From NCBI GenBank assembly GCA_030141605.1, contig JAQGDQ010000007.1:124001-188000 (forward strand): 64,000 bases of DNA, written 5' to 3'. The stretch comes from Tubiluchus corallicola. Lineage: Eukaryota > Animalia > Priapulida. The notes under the pieces are model-generated. The model was not told the origin of the DNA, searched no databases, and saw nothing but the letters and a program-made list of their open reading frames with translations. This document shows, one piece after another, positions 28,468 through 54,639 of this stretch. Each line of letters opens with the position of its first letter. Within the stretch, counting starts at the first letter, position 1. The position numbers were made by a program, and so were the translations under genes.

Positions 28468-29460
28468 CTTGTTTTTACAAAGTGTTGAAATGTAACTTTT
28501 ACCAATACAACTGTGACATGCAACATTTCTGAATGGACATTCTCTATGCTTGTGGTGCCTTCTGCAGTAAGACAACTGCACAATGGAAACACCGATTTTT
28601 TGCGTTTTTTATCCTATCGTTAGTCAGCGAAGTGACATGCGGGCGCTGCTGTATGAAATGCTGTCTATGGATTTTCACATAACATGCTGATTCTGCAGTT
28701 TGCTTGGTCTGTGGCTGCTCCTCATGATATTAAAGTTGGCTGTGGCTGCACATTATTCAAAGTTTCGTGTATGTATAGTTGCATTTTATACTGCTAATTG
28801 ACTGGTACACAATAGTGTGTTTAAGAATGTCTTCCAAACAGGTAAAGCTTGATATCTTTATGACGTGTAGAGAGCCACAAAATAACAGGTTTCAATGTTA
28901 ACTCTTTAATGAAAAAATTGTATGTTAATGCTTCTTTTTTGTAGATATCTAATACTTCAGGAGAATCCCAGGTTGCAGGCATCTATTAAATGCACTATAC
29001 TTATATCTCACCACTATCGGCTGTTGCCCATCATGGAACAAGAAAATTCTAGAAAAAAATGAGACAAGAAAAACACCATTTGGGGGAAAATCAATCTTTG
29101 TGCAAACAAGTACCTCGCTTCACACAAAAACTATGGCTGCAACCTTTGACCTATTTTTCAATCACAACCCTATCCATCCTCCTTTCCGTGATTAACAGCA
29201 AAGAATTTTTTGTTACAGTCTTAGTTAAACTAGGACTTGCAAATACATTTGTAGCTTTCAGTGCTCAATCTTTTAGTTGGAACAGCAACCGGACTTGGCA
29301 ATTATTACAAGTCCTTTGTGACACCAAATGCTATTTTGTGATCTTGTACCTTTAAAGTACTATTTCTCAGTCCATGATCAACTTTCTCTATTGCAAAGTC
29401 GTGCCATTCTGGGCATACCGTTTTCAAAAACTTCGCCTGTCAAAAAACAGTCCATTTTAT
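28468..29460 (-). pseudogene. Decayed Gypsy-like gag relic (zinc-knuckle region)
   Basis: Minus frame at 28468-28575 reads YCRRHHKHRECPFRNVACHSCIGKSYISTLCKNK, resembling the tandem CCHC knuckles of Gypsy gag. Upstream pieces are frameshifted and only weakly similar. Confidence 0.5.
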
Positions 29461-30164
29461 CCGTGAACTTGGCTTTCCAGTTGCTACAGAATAGCTAAGC
29501 ACCTGCACTTCCAGCCCAAGACATATTTTATACAAGAATTGTTGCCAAAGTGTTGATCAATAACCCTTGGTGCTAGTTTTGATTGCTCTTTGTCAGAACT
29601 GTGAGATCTCTCTTTGTCAGTTGGACAGGGTGTGATAATATGTTTACAAAGCTCTTTCTTGAATATTATATCAAACTTTGGGAATTTATTCCTTACACTC
29701 TTGATGAGTGTATAAGGAGAGAGATGGGGGATTAACTCAGTTAGTTTATTTACCTTTATATAATTTATTTACTGAAAGTTTATGCTACCTGCAGTATAAA
29801 ACAGAGATGTGAGATGTGACAACAAACGAAATACGAAAATGTACTGCTGCATACATAAAATGTTTAATCAACTAGAAATTCTTTTTTCTTTGTGTTAGAA
29901 GTAGGCTGCTCATTCCTGCTACTTCCATTAGAAGTAGGCTGAATCATAAGGTATAATGCGGGTGCAGATGAATTTGGTTTGAAACTACATTTAAGTTAAA
30001 ACTAGCACACAAAAGTACAATGATGTGCACACTCTGCTGTTTTTCTAACAGTGCTTAGACTGTATGCCATATTACTACAAATCAGAGTGTCGTGAGATTC
30101 TTCAAGCTACTTCAACTACTAGTACAACTACTTCAAGCTATATTTCATTTAAAAGTATGAATCA

Positions 30165-30521
30165 TCCTTTAGCCTGTGTATGGCATGGGTATGGAGGTCA
30201 ATCTGCTACTGAAGGAATTTGTATGGATTTCTAAACAACTTTATCATACAGGTCAGTAAGCACAGTGAGAGGTGTCACTTATAAATCCTCATCAGACCAG
30301 TTCTATAAGTAGGTTGTTGCACTGAAGTTGACTATTTGAACTGCAAGGCACCTCCCTTCACCTTGCAAGACAAAGAAATGTCCAACCTTGATAAGTTCTC
30401 GAGTATGGGGATTTTCATCTGCAATCACTGCTAACAAAATAGTTTCTGGATGAATGGAAAATACATTGTGCTGCATTACAGGATCAATTACAGCCCTCCT
30501 TGGAATCAAGGTATATGCCAC
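30165..30521 (-). pseudogene. Fragment of a DNA-transposase C-terminus (hATm-like; family assignment uncertain)
   Basis: VIDPVMQHNVFSIHPETILLAVIADENPHTREL...VNFSATTY, then frameshifted PYPCHTQA. I recall these motifs as HPENLLLAM and PCHTQAVER in invertebrate transposases. Confidence 0.55.
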
Positions 30522-30624
30522 AAAGTATTAGTGAGAAGAAACCAGTGACACGCAGAGTTTTGGTAATGCCAACTCCTTGATTTTATTCCCTTAAGACTCA
30601 TATAGGGGGCATATAGGGTATTCC

Positions 30625-31235
30625 CTCATGTAAGCTCCATGAAAAAGGCTTTTCTCATGGTCAGGTATTCGTGGATTCAACTTTCTCCAAGTGGAGAAAC
30701 TTTGCTTGCTAAAGTTTAACATTGACGACCACTGCTCTTTTGAAAACAAAAAAGTCAGTAGTTAGCTTCCCGATAGAAGGTGACAACCATTTTCTCTCCA
30801 CAATTTCTCTGTTTGTGGAAACTTTCTCAAACCACTGTTTGGAAAATCATCTCCCATCCTCGGCAAATGGACCGCTTCCACTTTGATATCTTTCCATGCC
30901 ATGTTGCACTATTGTCATCTTCAAGTTATCAGGAACCTGTTTCTTCAAATAGCCAAAATCGTTTCTTTGCAAAAATGTGTGCTAAAATCTCCCTTATCTT
31001 CTTTACATGAATCAAAGTCCTGACATCGAGACTGAGGAGACACAGTATTATTATGTTCTGATTGAGCTGATTCCATATCAGAAGAATCCTCCGCTGCAGC
31101 TGCACCTACATCATCTTTCACTTCTTCATTCTATCCAGGTATCTAATGCCTCTCCTTGACGTGACTCTTCTTCATCTCTGGCCCTCTTTTTCTCTCTGTT
31201 CTGTGCTCCAGTCGGTTGCACTTTCTTCACCTGTG
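30625..31235 (-). pseudogene. Decayed hAT (ZMYM1/Tip100-like) transposase N-terminus with TTF-type zinc finger
   Basis: Minus frames give QPTGAQNREKKRARDEE, GR*FSKQWFEKVSTNREIVERKWLS and FSTWRKLNPRIPDHEKS..H, with stops and frameshifts. Confidence 0.7.
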
Positions 31236-31972
31236 ACACCTTACAAATTTCAAATAGAAACAAATTGATGAATATAATAAAAGAACTTGATTCGACTATT
31301 TAGGTTTAAAAATTACCTATTATGTTAACCAAAGGAGAAGGCAAAGGGAGATGTGCATGTACGAGTTGGCAAACATGATTTAAAAAATTATTTGTAAATA
31401 TACTGATGACAACAAACAGTTCGAAATGTAAAGTGAGTATTGCACAGCTACTTTATATTACAAGTTAATCGGCATTATGAACAGTGTTTACATGTACAGA
31501 TTTTCTACTCTTGTCCCTCCTATCAAAACTGGGATCCACATTCACACCAGCTTGTGTATCTGTAGGGCACTTATACAAAGAAATTAAAAGAGACAATTTC
31601 AAATTTCAGAAAGTAAACTTTTATTTCACTCTTTGATTGGATGCATTCCCGATAAGTATGTGCGGGGCCTTGTGCCTTCCTTTCTGCATGCTACTGGAAG
31701 AAATTGAGGTCGACTCGTCATCAAAAGGCAAACGTGAAATTACTTTTTGTTTTTTTGTTTGTCAAATGGTTTATCTTACCAGATTAGGTACTCTAGCAAT
31801 GACCAGATTAACTGCTCAACATAATCTTCAACAATAAAAGGGTCTAAGGGAAAACATTCTGTCTTCATCACTCCCACTTAATGTTTCTTATTACATATGA
31901 CACGAAGGGATACATTTCCTCCTGGCTTCCTTGATCTGCCTAAAATGAGAAAAAACAACAGGGTGTAACCCT

Positions 31973-33569
31973 GACCACGTGAAAGCATTTTCTGAGTAGT
32001 TCTTATTTGCCTTATTAATTCCAGCCATTTATTTTGTTGAGAAAGGTGAGTATCTTACCTCAAACTTGATTGCAGTACTGATTTGCTATTTGGAAATGTA
32101 TTAACATCTGTAGCTTTTTTCAGTTCGTTTCATTTTTTTCTTAATTGATGACTGGTTGTTTGTGATATTAGTCAATGATTTACACTACATTTAAATTTAA
32201 CTTGCACTTTTATTATCATTTAATTGTACTTAATCTCAGTTTAATGTATAGTAATCTGCACCATTTTTATAGTTTTTGTGTATTTTGTTCTTTGTGATTT
32301 TGCTTTTGATAACACTTGGGCCATAATGGAAATAACATGTATGCATCATGTCTTTTTATGTATCCAAGGAAAAGTAAATTTCTAAAAAATAAAAGTAAAA
32401 GGAAAAGTAATTCTGTTCTGTTCTATAAAAAATTATAATAATTAGTAACTTAGTGGCTAGAAAATTACTTTATTCCATTTATCTATATAATTATGATTAC
32501 TCTATGTATAAAGTTGCATATAATATTATGTATATAATTAATGTATAAAGTTGTTGTAAAAGTGAAAATGGTTTTTGAATGTTTTAGTTGCGCATCAGCA
32601 CGTTTTATTAGTGAAGTTTATTTTGGAATGGGAATTCCACCTGCTTTAATAAAATGTTTTTTGTGCCGTCCGTCGTTTTTTTTGTACACCATGCAGCCGG
32701 TAACTGTATGCATACGTATAAAAATTAACACTCTTCACTGCTTTAGCATTAATATTGCTGTTTTGTCGTTATTATAGTAATATTATATTACTAAAAGTAT
32801 GTGCCATCAAACTGCTAGCCCTTTTTTTCATTTTAATAGTATGATTTCTGTGTTTTGTGCCAAAAGTGCATATTATATTATATAATAAAAAAATATTTTG
32901 ATTTTTTTATCGATTTGCTTGCAGCTTTGATATTTAATACTTTGTTTGAATTCACTTGAAAATATTCCATTAATTATTAAACAATGAGTGAAAGAAGCTC
33001 ACATGTTAGAACATAATAATCCACAAGCATACTTTTCAGTGACCTTGACAGGTGAGCAGTTAGTTTATGGCATCACAGGACTGAAAGAGGTTACAATTCA
33101 AAGAATTCAAACTCGGGCTACTTATAAAGTGAATTAAACCAGATGAGGGAGCACTGATTTCATCCTGAAGTCCCTTTTGCAACCAAGAGTGGATGGTACA
33201 AGGTCAAAAAGTCATGACTACATAGTTTTTATGGAGTTAGCCAATCAAGTTTGAGTAAATTATGATAACAGACAGACTGCAGATAGGTCTTATAGTTGGT
33301 AGGGTAACCTTAAGTCGGTGGTTCAAACACAAGTTCAGTTGAACTCAAAAACTATAAGCAGCTGGGCAACTAAACTAAAATGAGGTACAAATTTTAATAG
33401 GGCGGTTTGTGACAAAAAGGTTAAAGGTCACTTGTAACTTTTAGGCCTAGTATAATAACAACTAGCACTTAACCCAATTAGTAAATGGGTGGCGACCACG
33501 TGAAAACATTTTCTAAGTAGTTCTTATTTGCCGTATTAATTCTAGCCACTTAATTCGTTGAGAAAGGGT
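31973..33569. repeat. Pair of about 77-bp direct repeats (31973-32049 and 33493-33569)
   Basis: gaccacgtgaaa.cattttct.agtagttcttatttgcc.tattaatt..agcca.tt.att..gttgagaaagg occurs twice, about 1.5 kb apart. Confidence 0.85.
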
Positions 33570-34270
33570 GTGTATATGTCAAAATGTTGCTAGAATAAAA
33601 ATTCCTCTGTATAATCAACTTTTTGTTTACCAAGTTGTTCCCAAAATTTGAAGATATTCTTCAGTTTTTCTTTCACAACTAAAGATTGCTTAAAAGCTAG
33701 CAGCTTTGACTAATCATAAAAAATCCTGGCTTTTTGACCTGAAAAAGATTTGCAGTCAAAGAAATCTTATTTTCACATGCTGCTATTCCATTACAGAACT
33801 AAACCTGAAGCCTGCAAAAACAAATTAACAAATTTTAACATTTATTTTTGTAGATAAGGCACAGTAATTCCACTCAAATATTGAGCTTGTAACACAATGT
33901 GATGATTTAAAAGCTGCAGCATAAAACTATAATCAGTGAGCTAAAAATACGATAAGTGGGTTCAAAAATTCTCTAAGCCATACTTTTTGCTAAAATTTGC
34001 AGTTATGCTAAAATAAACAATTCTGTATGCCTAACCTGTTAGAGCAATTAAATGCACAACCAAGTAATACTGTATGCAGCCAAAAATATCATAATTATAA
34101 ACTGATAAATTTCTAAAATAATGTATCACATGATTTTTGCAAATAGCATCTGCACAAATACTTTGGAATGCAAGAAGGCCACAAAATCTATTAAATAGAT
34201 TTTTGGTAATATAAAAAAATCGCAAAATAAACATTTCATAGAACACTTCATGCTGTATAATACTGTGTGC

Positions 34271-34284
34271 GTTACCATGGCAAC
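34271..34284. promoter_or_regulatory. Consensus RFX X-box GTTACCATGGCAAC
   Basis: Exact match to GTTNCCATGGNAAC, 4 nt beyond the RMDN1 stop codon. Function unproven. Confidence 0.35.
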
Positions 34285-34288
34285 CGCA

Positions 34289-46760
<12,472 letters not shown>

Positions 46761-47989
46761 TTTCTATTAAGCTGTTATCACAGGGTCTCTCAATGCAGCT
46801 GTTCTACAACATTCAGAAGTGAAAGACAGGTAAACCTATAAAACAACAATTTCATGAAAAAGAGTAATGACTCTAACATTAACTAAAACCATTCTTTATG
46901 CAAACTCAACAGAGAACACTTAGTGTTCCCAGACCTGCCAAATCCCACTGTGCATGAGACTCATGCATATGACTACATCAAGCTCTTACACTCGCAAATC
47001 TATACATCTGTAAATCTCATGTATTATCAGGATCCAGTAAAAGTAGATTTGGTGCACCACTGTCAGAGAGACAAGATTATTTTTGTTCTCTACTTTATTA
47101 AGATCAAATAACAGACAAAAAACTAGTAATTTTTATGTAGAGGCCTATTGTATGCCATCTATCAAGTGAAAAAAATTGCCATGGCATAAATTGCACTAAA
47201 TCCTATAAAAGATTTAGGCAATGGACGTAGCACATAGACACAGACAGATATTTTTATTTCTCCTCAAAAATCGTATGAATATTACAAACATAACTTATCC
47301 GAAAAACCTGTCCAAAGAAATAAGGACCCAGACAGTAACTATCTGTAAGCAGTCCTCTCTCAAATGCCTTTTGAAATTGTTGACTGTTGAAGCACTAATG
47401 GATGACAATGGAAGACAATTTTGTGGCTGAACTACACAATGCCCAAAGAAGTATAATCTGATGATGGCTCTTGCACTTTACTGTTTTGCCTGTAAATTGA
47501 CTTGTCTGATTTGTAAGATCATACATGCTGTTTTCTACTTTACTTCAAATCCCTGTTTTGTCACTTATTACTATTTCATCAAAAAGAAATTTCTTTTATT
47601 AGTTATTATATCAGTTTATTTTCCCATTGCATCATTTCTTCAGTTGCAGATCTTATAATGTTTCTACAATTCAACATCACTATTATTTTAACCCTCTTTT
47701 TGCTTGAATTATTTGTCTTGCCAGTAAATTGTCTGTTTAATTGCAAGGTATTGTATCTGTTGCTTATTTTTGCTTTTCATTTTGCTACACATAAATTATT
47801 TTTGCTTTATTTATTAATTACCATAATGATTACTCAGTGGTTTTCAATTTTGAGTTTACTTATTTAGCTTAACAGCATTTGATTTTGTTCTTAAAATTTG
47901 TTTGTTTATATGGTAAAGTGTTCTGTGCATTAATGTGCTTTCCCTTCTGACATAAAGTGTTTCTCCAAATATTTATTATTGTAGAGTGC

Positions 47990-49400
47990 ATTAAACCAAG
48001 ACAAACTATTTTTAGAAACAATGATATCTAGTTTCATTTTCCCTGTTATTATCCCCACTCGTATTATAAGTGAGACAGCATCTTTAATAGACAACATATT
48101 TACAAATATTCTACATGTTATATATACCTCAATTTTTTTTCTTAACTGACATCTCAGATCATTTACCCAATTATATGTTAATCGACCTCACTTTATATTT
48201 ACCTGAAAATGATTACATCAAAAAGCTTATCCAGAACAAAATGATGTATTGAGAGACTAAGGAAACAAGACCCACTTACGTGCTTTTCATGAAAATAGCA
48301 TTTTTTAAAAATAGATTTTTAAAGCCCGCGACACCATGAAAAGTGCTTCTCGACCCAATTGGGGTCGTGACCCCAAGGTTGGGAACCCATGATATAATCA
48401 ACACAGCTTTAACTACTGGTCAAGTTCCAGCTAAACTAAAACAATCAATAATAATACCTTTGTCTAAAACTGGGATCTCCAAAGTATAAACAATTACAGA
48501 TCTATTTCATTGCTACCCTTTTGTTAAAATTTTCGAAAAATGTGTTTATGATCAGTTAGTTAGCACCACAAAAATGGCTCTAATACACCTGTTAGTAAAC
48601 ATAGTCGACTGTACAGAAAATAATAAATTTGCGGTCAGTGGCTTTTGTGACTTTTGTTAGTTATTTAACAAACAGAATACAGTCTGTAAAATACAAAAAT
48701 TGTATATCTGACACAGCTATGGTGACCTGTGGTGTACCGCAAGGTTCCATATTAGGATCACTTCTGTTCCTCATTTATATAAATGACATAAAATACTGTG
48801 TGAAAAATTCGAAAAATTTTGCTGATGAGACAAGCTTGCTTATTAAATACTGCAATATTAACTCTATTGAAATCTTATTATGCTTTAAAACTAGCAAGTT
48901 ATCTTTAAATGCAAAGAAAACACAATATATGCTATTTAGATCAAGAAAGAGGGTAATACCATTAATGAAGCTTAATATCAAAAAAGAAATCACAGAGCAA
49001 GTGAAAGAAATGAAATTTCAGGTCTAATTTTACAAGAAAATTTGGACTGGCAGCCCCACATAAATTATATTCAATTAAAAATTGCAAAAAAAACATAGGC
49101 ACCGTCAGTCACATTAAACACTGTTTATCAAAAACACACTTACTTTCTTTTATTATTATCAGGCTAAACTCATTATAATAGCCATGTGTTGCCTTATTTA
49201 ACCTATTGTATTACCTTATGGGGTTTGACTTATTTTACAAAAATATTCCCCTTAAATGCAAGAGCCGAAATACCACTTACACATTATTGTGAATGCGGTA
49301 TACTGTTAGTAAGCAACTTAAATAAACTAGCTTTAGCTATCTACAGTAAGTCGTCGCGTAACAACGCTATTGCATTCCAGCAAATGAAACGTTAAGTGAA
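47990..49400 (+). pseudogene. Decayed CR1/L2-group LINE ORF2 relic (endonuclease end plus RT)
   Basis: PTRIISETASLIDNIFTN, NYRSISLL, KIFEKCVYDQL, SYLTNRIQSV...GVPQGSILGSLLFLIYINDI...FADET, LSLNAKKT; deletions and frameshifts present. Confidence 0.85.
48247..48391 (-). mobile_element. Truncated copy of the 27389-27870 hAT MITE, nested in the LINE relic
   Basis: Reverse complement catgggttcccaaccttggggtcacgacccc...gaagcacttttc...tttttaaaaaatgctattttc.tgaaaag...ggtcttgtttcct.agtctctca aligns with 27389-27536. Confidence 0.85.
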
Positions 49401-49589
49401 ACGTTGTTAAACGATGCCAAGACTTCCATAGAAAGTACCGTAAAAGAACTGAGATACAAAAATCAAGTCTGCTGAAATCACATAAATTAAAGATTTTATG
49501 AGTTTTACTCATGTTTCTAAGTACTGATTAATTTCTTTCTGCTTGCTTGAAACCACCTCTACATCTTACTTAACTAGACATTTAAGTGT

Positions 49590-49954
49590 AGCTAAGTAAG
49601 TAAGTAAGCAAGCAGTTTATTGTCATTATAACATAATACATACAATGAAATTTATGTGGTACTCCAAAAACTTACAGAAACAACAAGGAAATTAACACAA
49701 ATAATTCAATCAGTTGTACAGTGACATAAAGAATTAATATTGGCGATTTACTGAAATTTACTGCTGATGATGGGAATTGCAACGGGACAGAAAGAATTTA
49801 AAGTTCTCGTGGCTTTAGCACTAATTGACCGGAATCTACGACCAGAGGGGAGCATTTCAAAATATTTATTACCTGGATGGAATTCATCTTTCATGATAAC
49901 TTGCACTGGTAGACAGCAGTTAAACAGTAAACACTGCAGCAAAATCAAAGTCAA
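49590..49954 (-). mobile_element. 3' end of a Rex1/Babar-like LINE
   Basis: FEMLPSGRRFRSISAKATRTLNSFCPVAI (Rex1-type C-terminus), then aatttcattgta...aatgacaataaa and a (CTTR)n tail. Confidence 0.75.
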
Positions 49955-51049
49955 AACCTGGGCAACCTTGGGAATTTTATCAAGTCTGGTTACTATAGCG
50001 GCACATTACAGGCAAAATTTCTTGCTCCCAGGTTTCGCTTGACACAAATGGCTAGCATTTAGTGGTCAGTCCAGAAGCAAACATGTATACTTGTATAATA
50101 ATTGTACTGTTTACATTACTAGTGCGTTTCTAGAACAGAATAATGTAATATGTACTGTTTTAATGCAACAAATTAGATAAAAGTTCTTGATAAAATAAAA
50201 ATTGGCTTCAAACAAAGTAAAAAAATGGTCATTAAAACTAAACGTCGCTAAACAGGGAGTCATTAAGCAAGGACTTACTGTATATTTTTAAAACAAATAA
50301 CAGACTTTTTCAAATATTTTTTGCTAACCCAATAAATCTAGCGCAAAAAGTTCATAACACTCGCTTTAATACATACAGCATCACATTCTGCGGAACCAAC
50401 ACTGCTATCATTCTATTACCTTTCAAGGTTCTAAACTTTGGAATATGCTAGATATAGCTACTTAACCTATAACAAATGTATAAACAATTGTTATTTCACT
50501 TTACTAATTTTGTATAATTGTCTCTTTGTTTTCTATCATCATGTCGTCAACCTTCATCCATCGTCATTAAATTCTCATCCCCACTTGTTTGTTCACATCC
50601 TTTCCTTTCATTTTTTATTTCAATGAATATAGGCCTATTACTCGAAATGTCACAGTCAGGACATTTTACAAGTTTGGCTTCTTTAATACCCTGCAACACA
50701 AATCGTTTAAGTAGGTAGGTAATTATTTTTTTCAATATTTGTTTCTTATTATGTATCTTACTGTTTGTTAACCACTGAATTATTGAAAACTTTTTGTTCA
50801 TTTTAATGTATTAATTTTGTACTTATGCTGATGTGAAATAAACAATTTTGAATCTTGGGTCTTGAAAAATTTAATCATCCTATTTTGGAAGCAATCTGAC
50901 TGCCACTAGAGAATGGTAGCTTATTAGGCAACATATACAGCTTTATCACCATCCTCTTTCAAACTGTAATAATCTGTTTTACTGATGTATGTGCATCATA
51001 ATTGTTGATATAAATTTATTGTGCATTGATAATATAAAATAAAATAATC

Positions 51050-51320
51050 TAATCTGACCTGACTGCACCAATATAAAATTTCGTCTAAGTCATGATAATC
51101 AAGATGATCCCGGAATTGACGAAATGACTTTAAATCGTCAACAAATAATGGGATGCTAGTCCATGGGAAAATACAATCAGTAATATGATCATTAAAGGTT
51201 AGGAAGCAATGTGGGCTACTCAAGATTCCTTGGAGAATACCATTTACAAAATAACAGGGCAAAATTCAAAAGATATACCATTAAGGAGGACACGTTCAAT
51301 GCGATGGTCAGATAGTATGG
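51050..51320 (-). pseudogene. Decayed LINE reverse transcriptase fragment
   Basis: GILQGILSSPHCFLTFNDHI...LFVDDLKSFRQ...DLDEILYWCSQ is a degenerate version of GVPQGS...LFADD.K...DL..L..W. Confidence 0.65.
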
Positions 51321-52708
51321 TAGTATAGGTTTACAGAAATAGTTTGGGTACATAGATACATTGGGTAATTTTAGATTGCAGTTTAGGTGGCTTTTTTAAG
51401 GCACTCTCACATCGCCCAAATCAGAAATATCACTGAAAACAGGGCTCCAATAGAAGGATGCATCCTTTCACACACTGCACACTGATGTAATGAAAAGTTG
51501 AAACATGCCTCCTAATTATAAAAAAAAATAATTTCACAAAACTTACTGTTAGAATCCCGAGAATGGACTAACATTGAGCGATTTCATGAAATATTTTCAT
51601 TTGGGGGTTAGCAGAGAGTGATATTTTTATCTACTACTGTGCACCACAGCCTAGCAAATAACAAATCTTCACGAAAAAGAACCAAAGCGTAAACTTCCTG
51701 AAAATTTAAAAGAGCTTCAGACTAATTTTCTCAACGTGCATCATTTTGCAGCGTCTGTAATACCAGTAAGTGGCATACTCTACCGGCATTGTTTTGTAAC
51801 TTTTGCTTCTCTTTTAGATAGCTAGCCAGAAAATTTTATTTATCTCTTGTAATACATGCAAAAAACAATTACATAGCAAAATAAATTGTTAGTATTAGGG
51901 AAAGGGAGGCGAAAAAACTCTAGAGATTAGCAAATCAGCCATTCTTTTAATTAAAGTTGTAACAAAAATATCTAGCAACAAAATAAGCATACAATGAGAA
52001 AATCAAACTGAAATAACACTATAAAATGGCACTATAAACAAATAAAGCAGATTGGTTTGTGCATGATATTATAGTAACTGGCAAAAACAAAAGCAAAAAG
52101 GAAACAAAATCATAAGCATAGCAATAACTTGCAAATTAGAACCATAAACTGCTGTGTTTAACAATAAAGCTTTTGCTTCGGTAAAGCAGGGTTGCGGTTT
52201 ATACAATAAATATTGGAACATAGGATAATTTGAGGTTTCGTACCGTAAAAAAGGTGACTGTATAAAGATTGTTAATTAGCTAGTTAGTTAGTAAATTAGT
52301 TAGCTAGCTAAGCTAGTCAATCAACTAGTTTTGATGAGTTTGCGATATGGCAGGTTGGGTTGGACAGCTTGGCATTTGGCAAATTTGGCAGGATGGGGTA
52401 GCAGCGTGGTCATTCAGTGGTGTATATGGAAATGGAGCGGGAGGGGAGGTTTGGAATGGGAAGAAGGTAGAGTGTCGGGAGTGGAACTGATATAGGAAAG
52501 TAGTAAGGTGTGACGACCACCTAAACTGCAAGCGCGCCTTGAAATTTTCTGCTTCTATAATATTATTATAATGTGAAACGAATGTTGAAGAAAAAAACGA
52601 TTGAAATGTTGAAGGTGAGTGGGTAGTGAAAGAAGGTTTCTGACGAAAGTTTAGAACCTAATCACGGAATCTGATTTTGAAAACTAAAAAACTTCAACAA
52701 AACCTTAC

Positions 52709-52792
52709 TTGACAAAAGAAATGTCTGAATCCGTGTAATATAAGGAACTACGACTACTTTTCTAGGTACTAGGTGCGTGCAAAAGGAAAGCG
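52709..52792 (-). promoter_or_regulatory. Candidate non-coding first exon / transcription start region of RMDN1
   Basis: Minus-strand donor aa|gtaagg at 52708 and pyrimidine initiator-like ctttcctttt at 52790. The first coding exon has its own acceptor at 46836, so an upstream exon is implied. Confidence 0.35.
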
Positions 52793-54421
52793 CAGGAATC
52801 TTCATGAAACTCAGCCCGTTGTCAGATCTTTTATTCTATTTTTTACACTCGCTATGTTTTTCAAATATGCGTTATGTTTTGTACGACCACTACCATGCTC
52901 CAAAGAATAAGAATGTGCGAGAAACAAAATGTCAAAACGGTGTTTTTCACGAATAATTTGTTTTCATTTTCTTTCTTTATGTGACATTAGTTTGCATTTC
53001 TTTCCCACTCCTTAACTGCATATCCATAATGCATAGTCATAATGCATTTGAACCGTTATTCTTTCTGTTTTCTTGGATTCCCCTTATAATTAAAATACTT
53101 TCCTTGACACAATTGTTTCAAACACATTCAATTACATTCATTTTGTCATTTTGCAGAGTAAACAATTAAGTTTTTTTTAAAAATGTCTTGTGAAATCGTA
53201 GCTTCAATAATTTTAAAGTTGGACTGGGCAACAAATTTAATTATTATAATATTTTATCATTACCATTACTGGGTTCTTTACCCAACAGCTAGCAAAATTA
53301 ATGTCTTAAAAATAGCCAAAATAATGGGGGGTAGTTGCAAAGGTGAGCTAATTTATAGTTAATAGTTAATTATAGTTAATTTACTGCAACACAGACAAAT
53401 AATGTCCAATGCAACTTAAATTGCATCTATCGATCATTTTATACATTACAGTATTACATTGTAAATATACCTTATGAACTATTACGCTCTACATTATAGT
53501 TTTTATAAAATTTAGCCTATGTTGAATGATACTTCGATCCACGATCAAATGCCCTACTGTAAAAGTAATTGAATTTCTTTGGGACTCAATTTGCAATATG
53601 CAAACATAACAACTAAAGCACGTAAAATATAAATCAAAATATTTATTACCAAGATAACAATTTCTTAATGCCCATACATACGTGAGCACACGATTATTGC
53701 TTTAATAACTAAATTATGGGCTCATTAATTGAAAACCCAGTGTACAGAACGTATCATTTTAACGTCTGTAGTATGCTGGTTGTAGGAACAGTTATAATTG
53801 GATTGATTACGTCTAGAAACAACTTAAGTTTATAGCTGACACAATTATAGAAACATGTCAAATTACCTATAACTATATCTTGTCGATTGTGGTTAACTCA
53901 TGTCAGTACTTGTAGATTACTACGCTCTTGTGTGACTAACTAGCGTGCAAGGCGCTCAACAACGACTAATTATCACTCGACTGTACCTAGTCCAATGCAG
54001 TTAACAGTGTGATTGAGCAGTTTGCCTTAATTTTCACATTTCGACTCCTATCTCTCCTACTTCGTGCACATAAGCAATTCCAATTCCGCCAGACAATGTT
54101 TGACAATGCATGAGAATGTTAACTCCAAACAATTTTGAGTGAAATGACAGCCAAGTAGCCTGTCGTGCTGCATCTTTGCCACGATAATTATTAATGTTTT
54201 GGTATTGATGATGTTAAATTATTCATGAGGTCATTGAAATGTAAAATAATCTCTTAATGTCAAAATGCCAAACGTTTTGCCAACATGGTTTTTTCGGGGA
54301 CTTTTTAAAACTTATTTACAGTTCACTACAGTACAGCCCTGTGTATTTTTGTAATTCAGTAAAAATCGTTATTACAAATTAATTTTATCAGTGCAAAATT
54401 ATTATGCAAAAATCCACCTTA

Positions 54422-54623
54422 TATGGCGTTTATGTAGCATGCGGATGCATTTTAAAAGCGGAACAGGCTACGGAATAGCTTGCTGCAAAAATCAATAAGA
54501 AATAGCTGCAAAAAAGAATTTTGCATACGCAGCTGCATAAACGGGCGCTTTGAAAACAATATAAACCGATTTTATCTGTTCCGCACCCCCAAAAATGCAT
54601 CTGCATGCTAGATAAACGCCACT
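54422..54623. mobile_element. PIF/Harbinger-like MITE just upstream of the candidate ASTE1 first exon
   Basis: tggcgtttatgtagcatgcggatgcatttt versus reverse complement tggcgtttatctagcatgcagatgcatttt; TTA on both flanks. Confidence 0.75.
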
Positions 54624-54639
54624 TTAGTTACATTACAGT

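Noticed and set aside
51376-52531. 15-bp perfect inverted repeat ttgcagtttaggtgg / ccacctaaactgcaa
   Set aside because: Context suggests ends of two separate repeat copies rather than TIRs of one element; no target-site duplication.
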